A stretch of 64,000 nucleotides of DNA from Caulobacteraceae bacterium (GTDB taxonomy: Bacteria > Pseudomonadota > Alphaproteobacteria > Caulobacterales > Caulobacteraceae). How positions within the stretch are numbered: the stretch's first letter is position 1; each line of letters begins with the position of its first letter. Positions 1-8,182 of the stretch are shown here, piece after piece. The stretch covers positions 1,329,361-1,393,360 of the forward strand of contig OZ240678.1 in NCBI GenBank assembly GCA_965198905.1. The letters are read 5' to 3'. The notes below the pieces were generated by a model. It saw only the letters and a list, made by a program, of their open reading frames with translations, was not told the origin of the DNA and ran no database searches. The position numbers were made by a program, and so were the translations under genes.

Positions 1-771
1 AGCTCCGTGATCGAGGAGAGCGCCAGCATCTCCTCGCCCACCAACAGGCAGCGCTGGCCAAGGCCGCAGGTGAGGCCGGCGCGGTCGGTCCACTCGGTCT
101 CCCGGCCGAGGCGCAGGGGGTCGGTCATGGCGTCTGCCGGCGCGGGGTAGATCATGGGCAGGTAGACCACCCCGCTCGGCCCGTCGCGAAGCTCCAGCTC
201 GGCCGGGCGCCAGACCCGCTCGCGCGGGCGCTCCAGGGGGCGGAGCTGGAGCGACACCACCTGGCTCCAGGGCGCCCAGACGTACTTGCCGGTGGGGGTG
301 AGCAGCTCCAGCACGTCGGCGGTGCGGTCGTCGAGGTCGCGGAGCGTGGTGAACGCCGTCCCGTCGCAGGTCCCGGACAGCTCTGGCGCCGCCTCGTCCG
401 CCGCCTCGCGAAGGGCCGCGGCGCCCTCGCCGCCGCGGCTTTCCAGCAGGATGCGGAGCGCGGTTTCGATCACGGGCGTGGGCTCGGTGACCAAGTCGGG
501 GCTGCGGCCGGCGGCGAACACCTCCTCGCGGTGCACCGCGGCGCGGACCAGCTGGCGCAGCAGGGCGACCAGGGTGCCGAGCGTCGGGTCCTGGGTGCTC
601 GCCATGTCGAGGTGGGTGTCGGCGCGCTCGAAGTCGCCCTGCAGGATCAGCACCTCGGCCAGCGCGTAGCGGGCGGAGGCGTCGGCGGGGGCGCGCTTCA
701 CCGCCTCCACCAGCAGGGCGCGCGCGCCCGGCAGGTCGTTGCTCCGGATCAGGTCGGCGGCCGAGGTCATG
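1..771 (-). CDS. tagJ: Type VI secretion accessory protein TagJ/ImpE (partial; C-terminus lies beyond the left window edge)
   Basis: Absent from the ORF track because it has no stop inside the window. Reverse translation from the ATG at 771 gives MTSAADLIRSNDLPGARALLVEAVKRAPADASARYALAEVLILQGDFERADTHLDMAS (TPR-like), then ...LTPTGKYVWAPWSQVVSLQLRPLERP...VVYLPMIYP. This is the ImpE-family pattern. It follows impD directly, as in impABCDE clusters. Confidence 0.7.
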
Positions 772-782
772 TGACCCTCCAG

Positions 783-2330
783 TCAGAGCGCACGGGCGGC
801 GCCTTGCACGGTGGTGGTGAGCTGGAACTCGGCGATGGCCTGGTCGAGCTGCAGGTGCGGCTTCAGCCAGGCGCTGACCTCGTAGGAGCCGGGCTTGCCG
901 GGCGTCTCGCGCACGCTGACGCGGCCGTCCTGCAGGGGGTGGCGGGCCTTCATCTCGAAGGAGAGCTTGTCGCCGGCGCTGCAGTAGCCGAACAACCAGG
1001 TCTGCAGCTTGATCTCGCAGGCCTCGGGCGACTTCAACGAGCCGATCCACTCCCGCCCGATCACCTTCAGGTAATGGGCGAAGCGGGAGACGCAGAGCAC
1101 GTAGTTCAGCACGGCGCCGAGCTGGGCGTTGATGCGCGCGATCTCGGCGTTGGCGGTCATGGCCGGGCGGTGCAGGGTGGGCAGGCTGAAGAGCGCCGGG
1201 TAGGACGTGTCCTTGCAGCGGCGCAGGCAGATCACCCCGGCGCGGGTCATCTCCGACTCCAGGGTGCCCGAGACGTTGACCTCCAGTGTCGGCTTCAGGG
1301 CGGTGCCAGGGGAGTCGGTGGCGAAATCGGGGACCGGCAGGCCGGAGACCACCCCGCCGTCGATCTTGTCGGCGATCGTGCCGCGGATGGCGGCCAGCCA
1401 GCGGTGGTCGTCGAAGGCGCGGATGCAGACCTGGGCCACGGCCAAGGCCGCCGAGCCCCACAGCTCGTCTCGTCCGCCAGGCCGCACGCGCTCCTCGTAG
1501 CGGAAGCCGCAGTCGCCGGCCTCTCGCCCGCGATAGGCGGTGCGGAGCAGCACCCGGGGCGCGGCCAGGGCCAGGAAGCGGGTGTCGGGGGACTGCTGCA
1601 GGGTGGTGAAGCGGCGGTGGTCGGCGTCGGACAGGGTGTCGGCGATGGACTGGCGCAAATCCAGCTCGCCGAAGCGCTCCACCTCGAACAGGGCCGGCGA
1701 TGCGCCCATGACGATGGGGGCGAAGGCGGCGGCGCAGACCTCGCTCAACGCTCGCAGCGTCGCCACGTCGTCGGTGGAACGGCCGCGGCCGGGCTTGTGC
1801 CGCACCTCGTACAGGCCGACCAGCATGGAGAAGGGCACTCCGCCCGGCATGCCGAACTCCTGCTCGTAGACGAGCTGGAACAGCGTGCTCTGGTCGAACT
1901 CCGCGGCGCGCTCCAGGTCGCGCGTCAGCTCCGCCCAGCGGCAGTCGAGCAGGCGCAGCACCGTCATGCCGTCGCCGCCGAGCGTATCCACCAGCCAGAA
2001 GACGCCGCGCCAGGCGGCCTCCAGGGCCTGGAAGGCGGGGTGGTGGAGGAGGGCGTCGCAGGCGCGGGACAGGGCCTCGTCCAGGGCGGCGAGGTCCCGG
2101 TCGATCAGGCGGCGGAGGCGGCCGGCGTCGGCGCCCTGCAGTCGGTCGGGCCCGAACCAGAGGCGCAGAGCCTCTGCAGCGTCGGCTCTCAGGAAGGCGT
2201 CGATCTCTCCGGCGGACTCCTCGGACTGGGCGGTGTTGCGGATACGCGCGCCCAACGGAGGCTGGGTCGACCCGTCCGGGTCACGCCTCGCCTCCGCAAG
2301 GACCCCATGATGGCCGCCGTCGGCGGTCAT
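783..2330 (-). CDS. impD: TssC-family contractile sheath large subunit paralogue (ImpD / TssC2-type)
   Basis: 557-aa ORF with clear TssC/VipB signatures ([52 protein letters not shown]) that parallel the tssC product upstream. I place the start at the internal ATG 2330 (MTADGG...) because the longer extension to 2456 runs into a palindromic repeat. The start is uncertain; there is no good SD. Confidence 0.8.
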   Translation of the reverse strand: MTADGGHHGVLAEARRDPDGSTQPPLGARIRNTAQSEESAGEIDAFLRADAAEALRLWFGPDRLQGADAGRLRRLIDRDLAALDEALSRACDALLHHPAFQALEAAWRGVFWLVDTLGGDGMTVLRLLDCRWAELTRDLERAAEFDQSTLFQLVYEQEFGMPGGVPFSMLVGLYEVRHKPGRGRSTDDVATLRALSEVCAAAFAPIVMGASPALFEVERFGELDLRQSIADTLSDADHRRFTTLQQSPDTRFLALAAPRVLLRTAYRGREAGDCGFRYEERVRPGGRDELWGSAALAVAQVCIRAFDDHRWLAAIRGTIADKIDGGVVSGLPVPDFATDSPGTALKPTLEVNVSGTLESEMTRAGVICLRRCKDTSYPALFSLPTLHRPAMTANAEIARINAQLGAVLNYVLCVSRFAHYLKVIGREWIGSLKSPEACEIKLQTWLFGYCSAGDKLSFEMKARHPLQDGRVSVRETPGKPGSYEVSAWLKPHLQLDQAIAEFQLTTTVQGAARAL

Positions 2331-2366
2331 ATCGACGGCGGTTGGGTCTGAGCGTCCAAGGCTTGA

Positions 2367-2477
2367 TCCTCCCCCCCTGGGGGAGAGGAACCAGCGAAGC
2401 TGGTGGAGGGGGCTACGCCGCCGCTTCGCGCTGGCCCCCTCCGTCGGCTTCGCCAACAGCTCCCCCAGGGGGAGAGC
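2367..2477. repeat. Family-A composite palindromic repeat, copy A1 (between tssC and impD)
   Basis: A terminal hairpin cctccccccctgggggagagg, then aaccagcgaagctggtggaggggg, is mirrored by ccccctccgtcggcttcgccaacagctcccccagggggagag. Same architecture as the copies at 5934-6091 and 32780-32916. Confidence 0.8.
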
Positions 2478-2528
2478 ATTTCAGGGGCCCCGGCTTCGAC
2501 GCGATTCATGGCCAGCCGCCGTCGGCGA

Positions 2529-4031
2529 TCACGCCTTCTGGGGTATGCGGGCGACGAGGCGGAGCGAGGCGGTCAGCTCCTCCATCTGCAGCCAGGGCCG
2601 CAGGTAGGCCACCGCGTTATAGCTGCCGGGCGAGCCGACCACCGGCGTCACCTCGATGCGCGCGTCACGCAGCGGGTACTTGGCACGGATCTCCTGCCCG
2701 CCGCCTTCGGCCGCGTTCACGTAGTTCATGATCCAGCGGTTCAGCCAGTTGGCGCAGTCCTCGACCTCCATGAAGGAGCCGATCTTGTCGCGCGCCATCA
2801 CCTTCAGGTAGTGGGCGAAGCGCGAGGTGGCCATGATATAGGGCAGTCGCGCCGAGATCGCGGCGTTCTCGGTCGCCTCCGGCCGGTCGTACTTCTTGGG
2901 CTTCTGGGTGGTCTGAGCGCCGAAGAAGACCGCGTAGTCGGTGTTCTTGTAGTGGCAGAGCGGCAGGAAGCCGAGGTCCGACAGCTCCTTCTCACGCCGA
3001 GACGTGATAGCGATCTCGGTCGGGCACTGCTCGGCCATGTCGCCGTCGTCGGACATGAACAGGTGGGTCGGCAGGTCGGTGACCTTGCCGCCGCCCTCGG
3101 CGCCGCGGATGGCGGTGCACCAGCCGCTGTCGGCGAAGGCCTCGGTCATGCGCGAACCCAGGGCATAGGCCGCGTTCATCCAGCAGTAGTCGTCATGCGC
3201 CAGCGGCGTGTTGTTGCCGGCCACATCCCTGGCGGACTCCTCGTAGTTGAAGTCGTCCACCGCCCGCGAGCCTGCACCATAGGGCTGGCGAGCCAGCACC
3301 CGGGGCATGGTCAGGGTAACGAAGCGGCTGTCCTCGCTGTCGCGGAAGCTGCGCCACTTGGTGTACTCGGCGCTCTGGAAACGGTCGGACAGGTCGCGCG
3401 GCTTGGACAGCTCCTCGAAGCTCTCGAAGCCGAACATGGTGGGACCTGCGGCGGCCACGAAGGGCGCGAAGGCCCCGGCGGCGACGCCCGAGACGTCGCG
3501 CAGCAGCTCCATGTCCTCCTGGCCGGCGCCGAAGTAGTAGTCGCCGATCAGCGCGCCGTAGGGTTCGCCGCCGGGGGTGCCGAACTCGCCCTCGTAGATC
3601 TTCTTGAACAGGGTGCTCTGGTCGAACTCCACAGCCTTGGACAGGTCGCGCGCCAGCTCCTTCTTGCTGGCGTTCAGCACCCGGACCTTCAGGTCGCGCC
3701 CGGTCTCGGCGTTCATCACCAGATAGCTCAGTCCGCGCCAGCTTCCCTCCAGCGCCTTGAACTTCTCGTGGTGCATGACCGCGGCCAGCTGGGTCGAAAG
3801 CTGCTGGTCGATGGCCTCGATGGCCTTCTTGATGGTGATCGTGAAGTTGCGCGAAAAGCTGACCGTGCCGCGGGTAGACTCGTCGGTCAGGGCGCGCAAC
3901 AGCGCCTCGACCTCCTTCGGCTCGGTCTGGCGGGTGACGCTGATCGCCTGATCCAGCAGGCTCGCGCCCGATGTCTCGGCAATTGTCGTCCTGGCGCCCG
4001 AAGTCTGTGCGGAAGGCGATCTGTCGGCCAT
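2529..4031 (-). CDS. tssC: Type VI secretion contractile sheath large subunit TssC (ImpC/VipB)
   Basis: 500 aa with [58 protein letters not shown] and a C-terminal [11 protein letters not shown]. Lies 5 nt downstream of tssB. Confidence 0.93.
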   Translation of the reverse strand: MADRSPSAQTSGARTTIAETSGASLLDQAISVTRQTEPKEVEALLRALTDESTRGTVSFSRNFTITIKKAIEAIDQQLSTQLAAVMHHEKFKALEGSWRGLSYLVMNAETGRDLKVRVLNASKKELARDLSKAVEFDQSTLFKKIYEGEFGTPGGEPYGALIGDYYFGAGQEDMELLRDVSGVAAGAFAPFVAAAGPTMFGFESFEELSKPRDLSDRFQSAEYTKWRSFRDSEDSRFVTLTMPRVLARQPYGAGSRAVDDFNYEESARDVAGNNTPLAHDDYCWMNAAYALGSRMTEAFADSGWCTAIRGAEGGGKVTDLPTHLFMSDDGDMAEQCPTEIAITSRREKELSDLGFLPLCHYKNTDYAVFFGAQTTQKPKKYDRPEATENAAISARLPYIMATSRFAHYLKVMARDKIGSFMEVEDCANWLNRWIMNYVNAAEGGGQEIRAKYPLRDARIEVTPVVGSPGSYNAVAYLRPWLQMEELTASLRLVARIPQKA

Positions 4032-4036
4032 CGCGG

Positions 4037-4546
4037 CTACTCCTTCTCAGGCCCGGAGGCGTCAAGTTCCTTGCTCAGCTCATCCATCTGGCTCGGATTT
4101 TGGAGCACCTGTTCTAGCAAGGATTCAAGCTTTTCGGAATTGTCGGCCTTGTTGAGCAGGTCGCGCAGCTTGTTGCGGGTCTGCATGAGCTTGCGCAGGG
4201 GCTCCACCTGCTCGACCACGCGGCCGGGCTCGAAGTCCTCCATGGACTCGAACTTCAGCTGCACGGCCATTTCGCTGCCGTCGCCCTTCAGGGTGTTCTC
4301 GACGCGCATGTTAAGGCCGGGAGACATGCGCCGCATTACCTGGTCGAAGTTGTCCCGGTCGATCTGGATGAACTTACGCTCCTTGAGCGACTTCAGTTCC
4401 TCGGTCGGATCACCGGAGAAGTCGCCCATCACGCCGACGACGAAGGGCAGCTCCTTCACCTCCTGGGCGCCTTCGGTCTCCACGTCGTAGGTGATGTGGA
4501 CGCGGGGCTTGCGCACCCGCTTCAGCTTGTCGTGCACACTCTTCAT
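4037..4546 (-). CDS. tssB: Type VI secretion contractile sheath small subunit TssB (ImpB/VipA)
   Basis: [45 protein letters not shown] is the canonical TssB N-terminus. GAGGGCGAGTTG precedes the ATG at 4546. The maximal ORF extends to 4624, but that start lacks an SD and would lie about 13 nt from the predicted sigma-54 transcription start. Confidence 0.9.
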   Translation of the reverse strand: MKSVHDKLKRVRKPRVHITYDVETEGAQEVKELPFVVGVMGDFSGDPTEELKSLKERKFIQIDRDNFDQVMRRMSPGLNMRVENTLKGDGSEMAVQLKFESMEDFEPGRVVEQVEPLRKLMQTRNKLRDLLNKADNSEKLESLLEQVLQNPSQMDELSKELDASGPEKE

Positions 4547-4648
4547 CAACTCGCCCTCGCTGACGTCGGGGTCCGGCACGCCGGGGTCCGTCATGCCGGA
4601 CCCCGGCGTGCCGGTTTGGCGCATGAACGCCGGAAGATAGCCTACCGC

Positions 4649-4664
4649 TGCAAGCCTACAGCCA
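4649..4664 (-). promoter_or_regulatory. Candidate sigma-54 (-24/-12) promoter upstream of tssB
   Basis: The minus strand reads TGGCTGTAGGCTTGCA, i.e. GG-N10-GC with the TGGC...TTGCA core of the consensus TGGCACG-N4-TTGCW. It lies in the lower-GC 88-bp tssA-tssB gap. rpoN is encoded in this window. Confidence 0.4.
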
Positions 4665-4712
4665 CGCTGTACAGAATCTTAGCCGTAAAAGTCACCGTAG
4701 GTGCGCTTCGCG

Positions 4713-5840
4713 TCAATAATTGTTCTGGTTGTCGACCACCGTCTCGTCCTTCACGCCCGATCGCTGCAGGAACAGGGTGCGCTCGGCGGCGTCCGGCAGC
4801 AGTTCGCTTAGCAAATCCTCCAGCGGCAGGCGCCCCCGACGGACCACTTCGCGCAGGCTGCGCGCCACCAGCGATTGCGGCTCGGTCTCGGCGAAGAAGT
4901 CGGCGATGCGCAAGATGGCGTCATAGGCCTCGGCCCGGCTGGCGACCCGGCCCGGGGCGGCGCCGGCTGAGGGTGCGGCGCCCTCCACCCCGTCGACGCC
5001 AGCGACTCCGTCATCGCCAACGGGCTCGACGTCGGCGAGCCGCCCCCCCGCCTGGTCCTCGATCAGGGTCGCGATGGCGCGCAACGGCTGGACCACCTGG
5101 GAGCCGAACCGCCCCATGCCGGTGCAAGCGTCGAGCGCGGCCGAAAGCGCCTCCACCTTGCCCGCCGCCGCCCCGGCTTGACCATGCACGCTGCGCAGGA
5201 AGGCGTCGGAGGCGCGGATGATGGCTTGGCGCACCTGCTCCACCTGCTCGGTGCGGCGCGCCTGCATCCGCTCACGCGCCACCGCGTCCTCGCCCCCCTG
5301 CAGCGGCGCGAACGCGGTCTCCACGGTCCAGAGCGCCACCTCCGGCGCATGGTCGGACAGCGGCAGCAGGCGGATGGGCTGCAGCAGGGCGGCCACGCCC
5401 TCGAACCCCAGCAGCGCACCCACCGGGGCCGCCCTGGCGATGGGGCCGTCCTCGTCCTCAGGCGGCTGCAGGCCCTCGTCCCAGTAAAGCTCCACCAGCT
5501 TCAGGAGAAGTTCGAGCCCGCGGTTCAGACCGGCGAACCCATCCAGCCGGACCCAGGCCTCGCAGAGCCAGCAGGCGATCTCCAGGTCCTTTGCGTAAGC
5601 CTGCAGAGCGCCATCGGCCAGCTCAGCCAGCTCGGTCCACTGGCGCAGACCGGCCTGGATCACCGGCGTTTCGGTGTCGGGTGCGGACACGGCGTCGCGC
5701 TCCGCCGCACGGGCTTCCGAGCGCAGGTCCTTCAGCCTGAAGAACACGCCCGCGCCGCCGCCGGCGCGCAAATCCTCCGCCAGGGCGGCCTCGGGCGGCG
5801 CAGCCAGCAGCGGCTCTAGGTCGAAAGCCTGTGCGTCCAA
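4713..5840 (-). CDS. tssA: Type VI secretion protein TssA (ImpA N-terminal domain family)
   Basis: 375 aa. N-terminus DLEPLL...GEDLR...FFRLKDLRSEAR...AKDLEIACWLCEAWVRLDGFAGLNRGLELLLKLVELYWDEGLQP is the ImpA_N signature. First gene of the tssA-B-C string. Confidence 0.85.
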   Translation of the reverse strand: MDAQAFDLEPLLAAPPEAALAEDLRAGGGAGVFFRLKDLRSEARAAERDAVSAPDTETPVIQAGLRQWTELAELADGALQAYAKDLEIACWLCEAWVRLDGFAGLNRGLELLLKLVELYWDEGLQPPEDEDGPIARAAPVGALLGFEGVAALLQPIRLLPLSDHAPEVALWTVETAFAPLQGGEDAVARERMQARRTEQVEQVRQAIIRASDAFLRSVHGQAGAAAGKVEALSAALDACTGMGRFGSQVVQPLRAIATLIEDQAGGRLADVEPVGDDGVAGVDGVEGAAPSAGAAPGRVASRAEAYDAILRIADFFAETEPQSLVARSLREVVRRGRLPLEDLLSELLPDAAERTLFLQRSGVKDETVVDNQNNY

Positions 5841-5933
5841 GCGATGCGTCCCCCGTCCAAGCGAGGATTGAGGAGATACACGCCCAGGTCAATGCGCCTC
5901 GCGTCCGGATGATCGCTCCGGCTGGAGGCTGTC

Positions 5934-6091
5934 TTCTCCTCCCCTGCTCAGCGGGGGAGGAGAACCCTGCGCAGCATGGTGGAGGGTCGCCGCCGCTGCC
6001 GCATCAAGACTGGATACCGTAACCGCGGGAACGCCCCCTCCGCCACGACGCTACGCGCCGCGCCACCTCCCCCGCTGCGCAGGGGAGGAGA
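5934..6091. repeat. Family-A composite palindromic repeat, copy A2 (tssA / kinase divergent intergenic region)
   Basis: ttctcctcccctgctcagcgggggaggagaaccctgcgcagcatggtggaggg ... ccccctccgccacgacgctacgcgccgcgccacctcccccgctgcgcaggggaggagac. Arms are homologous to A1 and A3. Confidence 0.8.
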
Positions 6092-6160
6092 CTAGGCGCC
6101 GCCCTGGCCCGCCCTGCGCACCTCTGCTACTCAAATGCGAGTTGTCTGGGGAGACTCGTT

Positions 6161-8038
6161 TTGCTGGATCGGGTGGGCCGGTATCGCGTCGAGGCGCTGA
6201 TCGGCGAAGGCGCCATGGCCGACGTCTACCGGGCGTTCGACCCCGGCATCCATCGCACCCTGGCCATCAAGGTGCTGAAGCCCGAGTTCCGCCAGAACCG
6301 CGAATACGCCTCGCGATTCCTGCGCGAAGCCAAGGCCGCCGGCGCGCTGAACCACCCCAGCATCGTCACCATCTACGATGTCGGCCAGGTGGACGGCTAT
6401 CCCTACATCGCCATGGAGCTGATCGACGGCCGCCCGCTGAGCGAGGTTGTGCACGAGCGCGAACGCCTGCTCCCCGAGGAGGTCATCGCCATCGGCCTGC
6501 AGCTGGCCGACGGCCTGCGCTACGCCCACGGCCTCGGCGTCGTCCACCGCGACATCAAGCCGTCCAACATCATGCTCCTCGGCGACGGGCGGACCCTGAA
6601 GATCCTGGACTTCGGCATCGCGCGCATGGCCGAAGGCGACGGCCCCTTCGACGACGGCGAGGGGCTGAAGACCCAGATCGGCCAGGTGCTGGGCAGCCCG
6701 CGCTATATGAGCCCGGAGCAGGCGCTGGGCCGCGACCTCGACGGCCGCTCCGACCTCTTCTCCGTCGGCGTGGTGCTCTACGAGCTGATCACCGGCCAGA
6801 AAGCCTTTTCCGGCGTCAGCCCCGCTTCGCTCGCCATCCAGATCACCCAGCAGGACCCGCCCTCCCTGGCGGAGACCGCCTCCGACGCCCCCCGCGGGCT
6901 CCAGTTCATCATCAACAAGCTCCTGGCCAAGCGGCCAGAGCGGCGCTTCCGCGACGGCGCTCAGCTGGCCGAGGCGCTCCGCCGGGAGCAGGCGGCCTAC
7001 GCCGCGGTGCAGGCGGAAGCCGAGACCCGCCGCCGCTACCTGCCGCTGCAGTTGCGCACCACCCTGCTGGTCGTGTCGATCACCGCGGTCGTCCTGCTGG
7101 CCAGCATCACCACCGTGCTGAACCGCCAGGACGCGGCCATGCAGCACGTGGCCCTGACCTCCGGCTCGGCGGTGGCCGCCTTCGTCGCCAACAACGCGGC
7201 GCTGCGGGCGGTGGACAACGCCACCCTGCCGCCGGACCAGCGCGACTGGCTGCCCACACAGGCCTTCGTCCAAGCCGCGGTGAGCGATCCCAATATCCGC
7301 CAGCTCACCATCGTGGATGCGGACGGGATCGTGCGCGGCTCCAAGACGCCGGGCCAGATCGGCCGGCCCTACCAGCCCGCAGAGCGCGAGCGCGTCATCG
7401 ACCGGGCGGGCTCGGATACGGTCACGATCACCCGGGACGGCAAGGGCTTCCGCTTCGTGCGCGCCATCACCTATGCGGGCCGGCCGTTCGGGGTGGTGGA
7501 CGTGGTGCTGGACCGGGCCGAGCTGCGTTCGGCGGCCGACCTGTCGCGCCTGCTCATGCTGCTGCTGGGCGTGGTGACGCTCGGAAGCGTGGGCGCTGCG
7601 AGCTACGTGGTGGCGCGATCCCTCGCCGCCCCGATCCGGCGGCTGAAGGCGGCGCTCACCGACGCCGCGAAGGGCGACCTGGACTTCCACATCTCGCACC
7701 ACCGCAAGGACGAGTTCGGCGAGCTGTTCGACGCCTACAACCTTATGACCAGCAATCTTGAGGAACGCCTGGCCGCGGCCGAGGGCTATGCGCTTGAGGA
7801 GGCGGGAGAAGACGCGGCCCCTCCGGCGGCGAGCCCGGCCGCCCGGCCCGTCGTCGCCAGTGTTAGCTGGCCCGAGGAAGAGCCGGCGGCGAGCGACTTC
7901 GCCCTGCCGCCCCGGCCGAGCCTGAACGCCGACAGCCCGGCGCGCCGCCCCTCGCCCTTCGATCCGCCGCCACGGCCGGCGGAGCCGGAAGACGGCGACC
8001 GCACCGTGATCGGCCCACGCGACGAGCACTATCCGTAA
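6161..8038 (+). CDS. Transmembrane Ser/Thr protein kinase with periplasmic sensor region and C-terminal HAMP domain (PpkA/TagE-like by context)
   Basis: Hanks kinase motifs are present: GEGAMADVY, AIKVL, HRDIKPSNIML, DFGIA, GSPRYMSPEQ. Then TM1 (LLVVSITAVVLLASI), a ~170-aa extracytoplasmic segment, TM2 (LLMLLLGVVTLGSVGAASYVV), HAMP-like APIRRLKAALTDAAKGDLDFHISHHRKDEFGELFDAYNLMTSNLEE, and a Pro/Ala-rich tail. TTG start. Confidence 0.85.
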   Translation: MLDRVGRYRVEALIGEGAMADVYRAFDPGIHRTLAIKVLKPEFRQNREYASRFLREAKAAGALNHPSIVTIYDVGQVDGYPYIAMELIDGRPLSEVVHERERLLPEEVIAIGLQLADGLRYAHGLGVVHRDIKPSNIMLLGDGRTLKILDFGIARMAEGDGPFDDGEGLKTQIGQVLGSPRYMSPEQALGRDLDGRSDLFSVGVVLYELITGQKAFSGVSPASLAIQITQQDPPSLAETASDAPRGLQFIINKLLAKRPERRFRDGAQLAEALRREQAAYAAVQAEAETRRRYLPLQLRTTLLVVSITAVVLLASITTVLNRQDAAMQHVALTSGSAVAAFVANNAALRAVDNATLPPDQRDWLPTQAFVQAAVSDPNIRQLTIVDADGIVRGSKTPGQIGRPYQPAERERVIDRAGSDTVTITRDGKGFRFVRAITYAGRPFGVVDVVLDRAELRSAADLSRLLMLLLGVVTLGSVGAASYVVARSLAAPIRRLKAALTDAAKGDLDFHISHHRKDEFGELFDAYNLMTSNLEERLAAAEGYALEEAGEDAAPPAASPAARPVVASVSWPEEEPAASDFALPPRPSLNADSPARRPSPFDPPPRPAEPEDGDRTVIGPRDEHYP

Positions 8039-8051
8039 GGCGCAGCTCTTC

Positions 8052-8088
8052 ACCCTCCCCCCCTGAGGGGAGGGTCGGGGTGGGGGGC
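8052..8088. repeat. Family-B hairpin repeat, copy B1 (between convergent kinase and LysM genes)
   Basis: ccctccccccctgaggggagggtcggggtgggggg. Same unit as at 24139, 41866, 41993, 42085, 42463 and 42556. Confidence 0.8.
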
Positions 8089-8182
8089 CGCCGCCGCTAC
8101 GCTCGAACCTTAATCACTCGCATCGGGCGGCGGCTTTCAAGGACCTGCCGGAGCCGCTTGGAAGCTTCACCGGGGCTGCACT

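Noticed and set aside
531-4490. Very long plus-strand ORFs (531-2351, 606 aa; 2403-4490, 695 aa) antisense to impD and tssC
   Set aside because: They are Gly/Ala/Arg/Leu/Val-rich with no motifs, and they mirror well-supported TssC-family genes. This is the typical stop-codon-poor antisense frame of a ~67% GC genome.
6131-8053. 640-aa minus-strand ORF and 539-aa plus-strand alternate-frame ORF overlapping the Ser/Thr kinase gene
   Set aside because: Only the 6161-8038 frame carries Hanks kinase motifs, TM helices and a HAMP-like domain. The others are Arg/Pro/Gly-rich out-of-frame artefacts.
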